From NCBI GenBank assembly GCA_020536535.1, contig JAHLWZ010000423.1, positions 186,001 through 250,000 on the forward strand: a stretch of DNA of 64,000 bases. Direction: 5' to 3'. Below, piece after piece: positions 1 through 11,400 of this stretch. The first letter of the stretch is position 1; every line of letters starts with the position of its first letter. A program made the position numbers and the translations under genes. The DNA comes from Pelomyxa schiedti. Lineage: Eukaryota; Protista; Evosea. The notes under the pieces are model-generated. The model was not told the DNA's origin. It was given only the letters and a program-made list of their open reading frames with translations, and searched no databases.

Positions 1-3000
1 TCGATTACTTGCTCAAGATGGGGTTCAACCAAAGCAGGATTGAAGGACGCTACTTGCCCCAGTAATAACAAAATTTGGTTCTGCATGTGCTGTGTGTGAC
101 ACTTCCCCAATACGTGCATAAGAAGGCTCATATCAAACACAGAAGAGAGTTCTTGGGACACAGAGTTGCCCTGGGAGGGTGTGCTCTTTCTCTTGCTCTT
201 GATTTTTGGGAGGGACTCTGTTTTAGCAGGAGTTGCTTCTACCCTCGTATCGGACATGACAGTGTCCAGGTTCTTTTCAGTGGCAAGGTATTTGGTAATT
301 ACTAGCATCAGAGTGATAGTTTGTGGAATGGCATATTCCACGTAAGACAACGAAGATAATGGATGATCTTCGTCAGTGAGACATCTGAGAAATTTAAATA
401 GATTAGACAGAATCTGGAATGCCAGTATTCCTTTTGGTTCTTTTTCGATAAGGACATCCACTAATACAACCAAGTTATGAAGGGATTTTGTCAATTCCTC
501 TTCAATCGAATCTTCAGTGCAGCAGGCTTCAAAATATGGAAGGAGGTTGCCAATTGAGATCTCGGAGTCAATGAGGAGCTCCCGTATTGTCGATTTAATT
601 GCCTTATTTGAACCCATAAGAAGACTAAATTTTGGAATGTAAGAGGCCACGGAAAAGAAAAGTGAGTAACCTGCAAAACACTTCTAGAAGAGGTTTCTGG
701 GTATCAGCATCAATGTTCTTCCAGAAGGCAGGAGAGATCTGGAGCATCACAACTTCACACAAGGTGAAGGTGGTTGGTGCACTGCGTTCATCACCAAAAG
801 AAGCAGTGAACTCCGATTTCAAGGCCCTTAATACCGTGTCACGCAGTTCTGAACTCTCATTCAACATAGGAGCAGTATCTTGATTAAGCTGTTTGAAGGC
901 AGCAGCGGCGACATTGCATAAAGTCATCAATGGAGAAGAAAAAGGCAATAGTTTTTGGGTACCCTCAGGTAAAACCAGTTGCTCACATAGTCGCTTCATC
1001 ATTGGGTGTAATATTTCCAATTTGTGCTGGGATACAGTTGAAGATACAAGGTTGACAAGCTCGTAGCAGGCTCCGGAAAATCCAGTTTCACCAAATAGAA
1101 TTCCATGACTGAGCAGGAAACACTCCAAACTGTCAAGTTCTTCCTGTGAGAACTGCCCCACATTCAATTTACAAGCAAACAGGCCATGCAAAAAAGTGGG
1201 ATCAGCCTCAAGCTCCTTACGCACTTCCACTGTCATGAAGAAAAGAAATTTTTTGAGAATGGGTCCCTTTGGAGGGGGGTAGGATGAAGGAAAAATCGAA
1301 GGATTCGATGTCGCAGACGGAGGATCAGCACGTAAGTCTTGAATCTTAACATAAAGTAAAAATAAACAATCCAGGGCGGCTGCCCGCGTATATCTTGTTG
1401 ATGACAACGCAGGAACTATCAGAGATGGTACTAGTTGCACGAAGGTGTTGTAAGTGTAAACAACTTTCTTTGACTGAAGGAAGCAATGCAGTACTTTGAG
1501 AACTGTATATTTCCTGGAAGTACTAGCTGTGTCTCTCAGCCATATATTTGCCAAAAATTTGTACAGAACCCTAGGTGATTTGGAAAGAAAACATGTAATA
1601 GTATGCTTCAATAATGTCTTGGCTTCAGCAAATTCCCAATGGCATAATGCATGATCTACCATCGAATCGATAGTAGCTGCTGTGCCTTTATAAGGAAAAT
1701 TACTGATATTTTCTACAGAAAGTTGACAATCGTTATGGTCTTGCAGATGCATGACGACCCGTAACAGCACCTGAAATGCAAACTGGGGAGATGCCCCAGA
1801 AAAGAAATTCAAAGCAAAATCAGTGGGATCGGAGAATTCTTCCCAACTACTTGAAGTTTTGGATTTCTCTTTTGCAGCAAAGTGGACAGATAAACAATCC
1901 AGAATGCTGTCAAGTTGGGACATGGGAGTCCTTTTTTCAAGCTCCAACAGAACAAGAAGCCTCAGAAAAAGCGAGGATGGTTGAGTGAAGTTGTTCTTGA
2001 TGAATTGCACAGTGTGGACATCAGAAGATTGCACTATTTGCCCTACAATGTGCTTATTTATAGCGCAAAAATCCTTCTTTTGTACGAGTACATCATCCAC
2101 TGGACGTAGACGTGAAAAAACTTTGTGTCCAACTTTTGGTGCAAGCTTTACGGCTTCCAAAGAAATTTGCCACGTCGTTGGGTAGAAGAGAACCCAGTCC
2201 CAGAGAAAGCCCAGAACGTCATTTATTCGATTTGGGAACTTCGGCAGAAATTTGTGTACGATAAATCTTAATGCCGAGATTTTGGCACCGGCTTCGAGGC
2301 TAGATTCCATCACCCTCCTGACATCCTTTAGCAATGTTCCAGCCTCCACCAAATTGAGGTATGCAGGGATCTCAAATACTTCAGAGACAACACAGGGATC
2401 TTCATCAGCGATTCTCTCAGCAAAAATAGACTTCAGAGCATCCCTTGTGTCTATTGAAGAGATATTTACTTCTTTGATACTCTGAAGTGCTTTCAATCGG
2501 ACTGTTGCGTCTGGGTGTCGTGCAGACACAATCAAGACATTTGGTAGCCCACCTGAACCACTTGGTTCTACGATCTGATGGACAGTACCAGCCAGAACTC
2601 TGTCTGCGAATTGTAAAATCTGGTCATTTTCAGCAATTAGTCTTTTTAGCACTGCTGGTAGAGTCGTATCAAATTGAAGCTCGCGTTGAGAGAGGAACTT
2701 CATGCACTTGGCAATATTCACCTCGTCTAGTGAATGAACATAAGAGAAGTAACAATAAGAAGTAAAAGAACACACATTCAGGGTGCATGTATAAGCTCAA
2801 GAGACTTTCTGTTAGCCACTCCATACTTGAGTGTGGTGGGGCAACTTTGAGAAGTCCCCAGAATACCTCCCATTCGGCAGTATGAGTATCTTTCTTTGGA
2901 TCATTGAAAACCTTAAAGAGGGTAGCCAACACCACTTTGATCAAGGGTTCTATGTAATATCCCTTGCTGCTAAAGAATTTAACTGCTTCACATAACTTGC

Positions 3001-3981
3001 TACCTTCCTTCTTAACCATGGTTTCCACGAAGGCATCTTCAAATATATGAAGACACTGATAGCGACACAAGTTGGCCAAGCACATGCATACGCCTTCACA
3101 TTTCTCTGGGAAATAGCCAATAAAAATAGCCTCTAGCACAGCATCAAGCATGGCGGTGCTGAGCTTCCATGAAGAAACAAGGACAGAAAGTATCATAAGA
3201 GATACAGTGTGAAATTGCATATCAGAGCTGGCAAGGCCAACAAGAAGAGGTTTTGTGACGTCTTGTGCAATTGATGGAGATGACTGAACCGCCTCAAAGA
3301 AGAGAGCATAGTACAAAGATAAAAGTGCCTTATTTGTAATCTCTGCCTGGATAGATTCCATAACGGCATCACATACGAAGCGCAGCAGGGCAGTAGTTCC
3401 TGTGCATTCTTTCACCAGTAAGTGCCTAGATACTGGTGAACGTTTCCTAGCACAAGGGCTCAAAAATATCCACTTCGGTGGTAGTTGTAGTACTTGAAGT
3501 AGCTTCGCAAACGTAACTGTCTCGTGGTATGGCAGGGCACACTTCATTAGTGCGTCCACGTCATAGATGTGGCTGGAGTAGTTCCTTAGCAAGTATTCCA
3601 GCACTTGAGTAGCCGACGAATCCATGAAATGGGGGGACAAAAGGGTTAGGAGTTTGGAAATTTCCCTCCCAAGTTTTGCGTTCTCCTTTTCAGTGTGCAT
3701 TTGGCGCTCAAAACCAATTCCAGCGTCTGTAAATAGAGTCTCCTCGAACACTGCAAAGTGCTGGTCTTTGGCTATCAAATCCTCAAGGCCAGTTTTCCCC
3801 AGCCTTTTACCGTGTTATTGACATGAGCGAATTGGAGGGGAAAAAAGAACACCTACTTGTGGACAGTGGAAAGTGGCATTTTTTCTGCTTCTTGCGTGTC
3901 GAACAGAAGCGACACCGCGCCATAGAGCTTCGGCGTTCTTACATGTTCTCGTTGTCGGTCGATGGCCTCGCGGATAGACAT
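1..3981 (-). CDS. UTP10: U3 snoRNA-associated protein 10 / HEAT-repeat protein 1; multi-exon, 3' end runs off the left edge
   Basis: The first exon from ATG 3981 reads MSIREAIDRQ...SLLFDTQEAEK. It is followed by GLEDLIAKDQHFAVFEETLF and LLSPHFMDSSATQVLEYLLRNY...CALPYHET.TF.KLLQVL, matching the UTP10/HEATR1 N-terminal domain. Long HEAT-like helical ORFs follow (2669-3778, 625-2775). Confidence 0.9.
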
Positions 3982-4294
3982 TGTTAGGCCTTTACGATGT
4001 GGGCAGATTTAAACCCGTGCCGCAACACCCAGCACCACCAGATCTTGGATAATATAATAATTCGACGCAGGCAACTGCCATCAGATCAAAACCAAAAAAT
4101 CTTTCCCGGTGTGAACATGGCGACTGTGGATTCTCCCATTCTTGAAAGAACATGGCGAGTATGCAAGGGAGCACTAGTGCTATCGATCTCCCTCCCCAGA
4201 GTCCAGCTTCCTCCAGTCAGAGCAGGGAAAACAACAACCGCTCCGTGAACATCACACGAAACCCTTTGGGTGCCGATTCCGTTCACCGACAGCG

Positions 4295-7200
4295 ATGAAA
4301 CGCCGCAACAACGCCAAGAAGCCCAACAAGCAACAACAACAGCCCCAGGCACAACACGTTGGAGACGACGCCAAGGCCAACGCCGAGGAAGATCTCGCAG
4401 TGGTCGTCGACCCACACGACGGCGATGGCGTGGTGGTCGTAGGGACAACGACACCAAAGGGCACCCCCGACTCTCTCCGCGGTGACCACGACGCGAGGTC
4501 CGCAAATAGTCCCATAATCCTGCCCGCCGAGCAAGACAATGGCGACGCCGACGATGTCGATGGGGAAGACAGAGACAAGGACGCTGGAACGAACAAACCC
4601 AAACCCAAGAGCAAGAACAAAAAGAGGAGCGTCGGCAACAAGGGCTCTAAGAAAGTTGTGGGACAAACAATTGCCGACTCTGAAGTAGCGTCATCAGTGT
4701 CCCCTGGCGTTGAAGTTTCATCCTCGTCCTCTTTGCCGACGTCACTCACAGCTTCCTCACCAATTACAGCAAATGCAAATACAAATACAAATACAAATGC
4801 AAATGCAAATGCAAGTACAAGTACAACTACCACAACTACTACAACAAGTTGCACGTCATTCACCAAGCTAGACTCAAATGATTTGCTATTGGATGACGTG
4901 CTGAAGCCATCTGATGTCATTCATGTTAGGCTTGAGAATTCTTCGAAGTGGTCCTGCTCTTCCACGTGAGCGCCTCTCTAACTCTATTACACTGTAACAC
5001 CTTACTTCCTGTGGTTTTTTTCTTTCTTCTTCTCTAACTATGCTGAAAAGTGACGGAACTGAAGTTAAATGTGTGGAGGCAATGACAGAATTTGTAATTC
5101 TGTATGGACTTTCTCCAGGGACAATCAAATTAAGTTGGAATAAGGAGTGGTCACATTTCCTTGGCTTTGAAGCTCACAAGGAGGTTTCTCAAACGTTTTT
5201 ATTTACTTTTCTGACTCGGTGGAAGGACTCTCCATTTTTCGTTCATGATGCTGAATTCCTAACTGCATCTTCGGACCTCATTCCAATCGTGCACAGTACT
5301 CCAAGCAAAGGGGAATTGATTGTGTCATTGGGAAGTGCCAAATTTCCTGGAACCTTTATTTCCAGTACGATTTTGGATAGAGGAGTACTGGATGTAACAA
5401 ACAACATTATAAATGCTGCACACTTTAGTATGCACTTTGCCAGGGTATATTCTTCTCACCTTTTTTAGGGCTCTCTTTGAGTGTGTCCCACTTCAAAGAT
5501 CTTGAAGGTGCAAATTCTCTTTATAAGAACATGCTAGAATGGATAACCCCCACACTTACAACCTCCCACATACCACCTGAGAGTAGTAGACTGCTGCATA
5601 CTCTTGAACACCTTCCTCTTTCTCGTTTATTCCTTCCTCTAAGGCACTACTTGGGTGACAGTATCCCGTTCTACCTTCACATGGAGCGAGTCGAGTATTA
5701 CCATTTGTATTTGTCGAATGTTTTTAAGTCACCTTGACAGGCAAGAGCAGCTTTTTACACAAGCCCTGGAATTCATGGATCTTCACCCGGGATTATCGTT
5801 CCTCCATATAGGTTTAGCACAGGGTAGAATTCCTGTAATAGTTTGCGCTCTCCTTGGAGTATGTTACTTGATTAGACTTGCCCATGTCTGCACTCATAAC
5901 TCTTAAAGGGGCAACTTAATTACACTGCCTGGAATATTGACAATGCACTAGAGAAACTCATAAAGTTTATTTCATTGCCTTTCACACTTTTAGGTCACTT
6001 CATTCAGGTATCATATTGGACAAATATCTCCCCACTATGGGCCACAGAATGTGCGAGTTGATTTACAAAACTGCTTCATGTTTGAACCAACCTCAGAAAC
6101 ACAATTTGATCGCGTGTTGATCTGTGGGAAGGCCCCACAGGCCAGATTCCATCAAATGTGTAAATTAATTAAACCTGGTGGTCTACTTGTGGTACGTAGT
6201 TTTCTTCTTTCTAATTGACTTTGTGTTTTTGGACTGACCATTTTTACTTAGGGCTGCTTTGAAACCGCTTCAAAAGCCAAACTTGTGTTGGTGAAAAAGG
6301 CAATAGATGGCTCAATTAGCCGTGCCGCACTTCCATGTCCACTAGATTTAGATCCAAGTTCTGCTGTAGTCCCATTGGTAGCTCCACCAATGATATCTGA
6401 AGTAAAAGCAAGGGTAATTTTAGTTTCTATCAAATTTATCTCACTGTATGCAGTTTTCGCGGGTGAAAGGAGACTTTTCTGATGAAGAAGGTAGGCTAAA
6501 GCGTTTTCTAACCCACCAATTTGTTTTCAGAGTTGAAACAATGGCTCCTCTACATCAGTGATGCCTACGGAATTGAGCTGCCTGATTACTCAACAAAAAT
6601 ATTGGCTGCGGGATTTTCACTTTCTGTTATCAAGGAAGGTAAAATCTGAGAATCTTTTTCCCTTTATTTACTGCATTTTGTAGTTGGACTTGCTGAAGAA
6701 GACGTTGGTTGTCTTGGAATCCCTCAGTCACACTGTTCTGCCCTGAAATTCGCTATGGACAAATATGTCGAGTTCCAGAAAGCGTTGAGGGACGATACAA
6801 AAGGTGAAGTTCTTTGGTAACCCGACTTGACCCTGACATTCATCATTTAGTTTCGTCACAGGAGATGATTGTGAAACCAACTCGTGTTAAAATTACCTTC
6901 ACAAGGGTGGGTGTAGTGGAATCTGAGTTTGATGCAGATGTAGACATTGTCCTAACTTGGAAGGATGAGATCGCTTGGCGAGAATTTGCCGTAATTTATT
7001 CTTTGATGGCTATGACATCAGGCTAATAAAACTTAGGCTGAGAAGAATCTTAATGCAGAAACTAGCACCCAGGCGGAACCTGTGCACATTGCCCTCTCTC
7101 AGCTTCATCCAATACCGCTGCTTGGGTTTCCAAACTCCAAGGGAGATGTTACTTTGACTTCTGAGGCAGCCTATGTTGTCCCACATACGGGAATGATTGA

Positions 7201-8316
7201 GTATCATGTTTCCTTCAGTGGTACATTTACTGAAATTATGGAACTCCAAAAGTACTTCCTTGTCATTTTCTTTCTCCAATGACTCTCAATAGGTTTCCAT
7301 TCGATAGACAGGCTAGTTTTTTGTTTACTCTTTTCCTCTGGCTAATAAATTACCACAGCTTCTACACTTAAATCTTCAGCATGACACTCGAAAACAGCCT
7401 GATTTGAGGGTTATCTGGGATCTTAAGGATTTGTTGGAAGAAAGTGTAAAACCCAGAAATGAAAAGTAAGTGGCTCATTCTTTGATTTTCCAATAAAATG
7501 CAATAGGGAAAACAATAAGATTCTAGAGCTGGTGTCTGCTGACCGGGAATGGGCTCGAGCAGAAGCAAAAATAGACAAAGAACCACCAACTGCTGAAGAG
7601 CCAAGAGAGATTGAACAACTAATCCTTGTGGCTCAAGCTGAAAGTAAACCCCTCCTTTTTAATTGTGTGATTCAACCCTTTTGCCAGGATATTCCTCCTA
7701 CTTCATGTGGAATATTGTCTTTATGATGTTCCTAATCGTTGTCATGTCATTTTTGACTTTCACTATACCTGCTGATGATGGTTCTGGCCGACTTGGCTTG
7801 AACCTCACACTAATGCTGACTGCTGTTGCCTACAAGGTAAACTATTGTTAGTTTTTACTGGTAACTAATGAGGTTCAGTATGTCATTGCCGGCTACCTTC
7901 CCAAAACAACCTACCTCACTCTACTGGATAAATATGTGCTTGTGGGATTCATTGTCCTAGCTTCCGTAATATGTGAAAACTCTGCGGCCTCCGTAGCGGA
8001 GGATTCTGCAGCACCCTTCTTTGACAAAGTGGCCATTCTCACCCTCATCCCTGTATGTATTACCTTTTGCACTAAAAAACCACAACCCCCCAACAAACCA
8101 ACCAAATTAATACGCACCAAGCTGTGGTTGCTATTGCACGTGGGGATTGTGATAGGCTGTGCATTCGACTTCTTCAGGCAAAGCTGGGCAGAAGTAGAGG
8201 CCTCACAAGAGACCACAGAACCTATTTCCGGACCTGTTTACAAGGCAGATAGCACGATTCCTCCTGTTGCTGTTTCTCTGATCGCCGCTTTAGCTGTAAA
8301 AAAGGGTGCTAGGTAA
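4295..8316 (+). CDS. Cys-less pentameric ligand-gated ion channel subunit with N-terminal PIMT/PCMTD-like methyltransferase-fold and SAM-like domains
   Basis: Exons join in frame through short introns. PCMTD-like segment: FTQALEFMDLHPGLSFLHIG...FDRVLICG...KLIKPGGLLV. SAM-like segment: WLLYISDAYGIELPDYSTKI...EEDVGCLGIP. Channel segment: EFDADVDIVLTWKD, FSGTFTEIMELQKFPFDRQLL, M1 YFMWNIVFMMFLIV, M2 GRLGLNLTLMLTAVAYK, LPKTTYLTLLDKY before M3, then M4. Confidence 0.8.
4768..4848 (+). repeat. Coding microsatellite (GCAAAT/ACAAAT and ACN runs) encoding ANANTNTNTNANANASTSTTTTTTTT
   Basis: Directly visible hexamer and trimer tandem repeats. Confidence 0.8.
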
Positions 8317-8427
8317 TTGATTTTGTGATCCTTTTACCACACCGACACTTTCTTTCTATCATCTATCTCTATTGTATTGGGAAAAGAAACAAAAAAAAAC
8401 CAGTAACTACAAAAGAAGCTGTATTAC

Positions 8428-11400
8428 TTACAAAATAGAGATTGTGTCATCCACAAGAAACAATAATACCTTGTCTGCAAGGTGAGATACAGTCTTTTCC
8501 AGTGCTTCACTTCTTTGTAGCTCCCAGCTTTTTATCCCTTTCTTGCACAAGTCCGTGACAGGCTTTTTGGGGTTTACTTTTGCTTGTAGGACGCCAGTCA
8601 AGAAAGTCTGTAGCTGGTTGTTGATGCTGATAGATGTGACTCCCATTTGCGTGGAGAGTGGCACAGAGGAACGGAAGAAGTTCCGTTCAAGGGGGGATGG
8701 TACAGGTTGTCTGAAGTGCTCCAGTCCTTCAACAACGAGGTCATGTTGCTAAAATAGGCTTTTAGGTGGCTACTATATCATTTGTAAAATACCAAGTGAT
8801 GGTATGCATGCTTGTACATCTCCAACTGCATGTCGGCGCCTGTGGATTTTTCGGCATCATGGAAGTGCCTAGTCTCTAAAGATGAGAGGTCTGCTAGTGA
8901 TATAGGGCAGCCAACACTTCCTTCTGGAAAAATCATCTTTTGTGCATAGGAGACAGTCCGCGATACAGAGAGCTCCAAAGTGGGAGGGTCACCTTCCACT
9001 GCCCTCCGGGCTGCTTCTAGATCATAATGGTATGGAGGATTTGAGGGTTCTGGTAGTTTTGGAATTGGGTTGCTGTCAATGGGAATGGGAGTAGCTTCGG
9101 TATCGTGAATAGTGTTCGGCTGTGCAGTTTGAGAAACTATCTCTGAAGCAGCATATTCTGTTGTTAGGCACTCCTCGAGGAGTTCAAAGAATATGTAAGA
9201 GGATACACTTTCAGAATAGTGGAAGTGGGTTTGACAGAGCCGGGTCTCGACAAGACCCTATAGGACAGAAGTGAGTACGAATATTAACCTTCAGCTAAAA
9301 AGTAGCTCAAAAAAAAAAACCTGCATTTCTGTTAGAAACGATCGATACTGACGCCAATGTGTAAGTGCATTGTGCCTGAACAGGCACCTCTTCAAGCAAT
9401 CAATGAGATGCCTGTGTTCTTTGACCACTTTTTCTGGAGGAGTTGCTGTGACGGGGGACTCGATGGCCGAAGAAACCGTGGAATCAGTCCCATTGTATGG
9501 AGTGAATTCTGAAAGAAGAAGCTGCAAAATGTACTCAACAACGTTATCATACTCTGAAGCATGTTCCAGCGAAAAATGAATAGTGATAGCATCATCCAGT
9601 AAGAGCTCAAGAGCCCATTGGACAATATTTTCTGGTTCAACAGACTTGACTTCTTCTACATACCGTTAATCAACGGCGCGTTGTGAGAACTCAACCTGGT
9701 GTCTTTGTTCCTGGTGTAGCTACTTCGTCAATAAGATGATTGAGAATACTCTCTGCAAGAGCATCCACCTGACAATCCAATGAACTCCCTTCCTGATTCA
9801 TTGTGTCCAAATGGAATAGATCGTCAAGCAGTTTTTGGAATATGGAGCATGTAAGGATGTTGCACATATCTTCAGAATTTGTGGTGTTCTGTGATGAATT
9901 CAGCCAAAAATTGGAATACAGGAAGCTCAGGAACATCAGAGTTAATTAAATTGCTAGGGCTTTGGCTCACAACGTTCGGTTGGTTCTGTGGAAGAGAAGG
10001 AGCCAGCCAATTACTGAGTGCTTCATTAAGAAGGTAGGACAGAATGTCTGTTATGAGAGGATCCACCATGGAAAGAGCGAATTGGTTTTCTATAGTTTGT
10101 AACTGCTCGCAAGACTCTACAGCTTCTTGGGAGACTTGTGTTAACTGTTCGTGCTCAGGTTTGTGGAAAGTAGTTTCCTCATGGTTTGAGAAATCATCGC
10201 AAATAAGTTGCTCTGTGATGCCTTCTTTGTACTGTTTTTGTGAGAAATCCTCCTCACTTGGCTTGTCAATACTTTCAGTGAGCTCGGCATTTAGCTCTTG
10301 AGGGCTTGTCAAGGGCTCTAAATTTGCAAGTTCGTTTTGGGAAGTTTCCTCTCCAGTATGGGTTGCCTCATCACATATCAAAATTTCTTGTGTGTATTCT
10401 GGAGAGTATTCAGTTGATTCCTCCAATAACTGTTCCCCAGGTTGGACCTCGACCTCTCCTTCACCAACTTGGCTGTGGGGTTCTTCAATTCCCACCGCAA
10501 GAGTTTCTTCTTCCACAATTTCATGAATCTCCTGACTCCCCTCTAGGCAGATATCTGCTTTTTCTGTTAAATACTGGGCTTGCACGGTTGTAGAACTTGG
10601 ATCTGCATGTGAGTCCTGGGGTTGCCCCTCTGAGAGATCACAAGTTCTATCGTCTGGAAGGTCTTCTTCAGGGTTGATCACACCCTTTGTAGGGGTGTCA
10701 ATGTTCTCTTGAATGTTGTCACAAATTTCATTGATACAATTCTCTTCGGGGTTGTCTTTTCCATCTTTTTGAGGGGACTGAATGTCCTCTTGAGGGAGAC
10801 TCTCGAAAACATCCTGAAGATGATCGGTACTCTGATGTGACCCCACATCTTCTTGACAATCTCCTTGCGACTCTTCTTGGGTGTGAATCTGTTCACCTAC
10901 TGAAAGGTCGTAATCATTCTCTGTGCCTTGCGGGATACTTTCCAAGATTCCCAGAGGGCCGCAGTTTGAGTGATTTATGGAGTTATTTTCCTCATCTTCT
11001 TGAGGTAATTCAGAGAGCTCTTCTTCGGAGTTTACTTGTTCAGGAATGGTCTCAAGAATGCTGTTTTGTGCAACTTGATTATCTTGAACATCTTCAACAC
11101 ACAACGTTTCTTGTATAGATTTGTTTTCAGAATCACCCTCACACTGTGGAGAAGGAAGGTCTTCACCCACATTTGGGTAAGGATCGTCATGAGACTGTGT
11201 GCTACTGTTGGCAGAGATTCTGAGAGAATTGACTTCCTCGGTCCACTCCTGTGAAGAGTCATTTGGAGGCTCAATGCACTCTGATGGTTCCTGGGAATCG
11301 TGGTGTAAGTAGTTTTGTTCAGTGTCGAGGTTATCAGTAGCATTGGAAATTTCGATACTGTGATCCGGGGAAATGAGAACTTCAATAGAGGGAGAGTAAT

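Noticed and set aside
4152-4298. 48-codon uORF whose stop overlaps the channel gene ATG (ATGA)
   Set aside because: Equally explained by a short first exon plus intron (GTATGC at 4159 to CAG at 4292), or by chance. There is no independent support.
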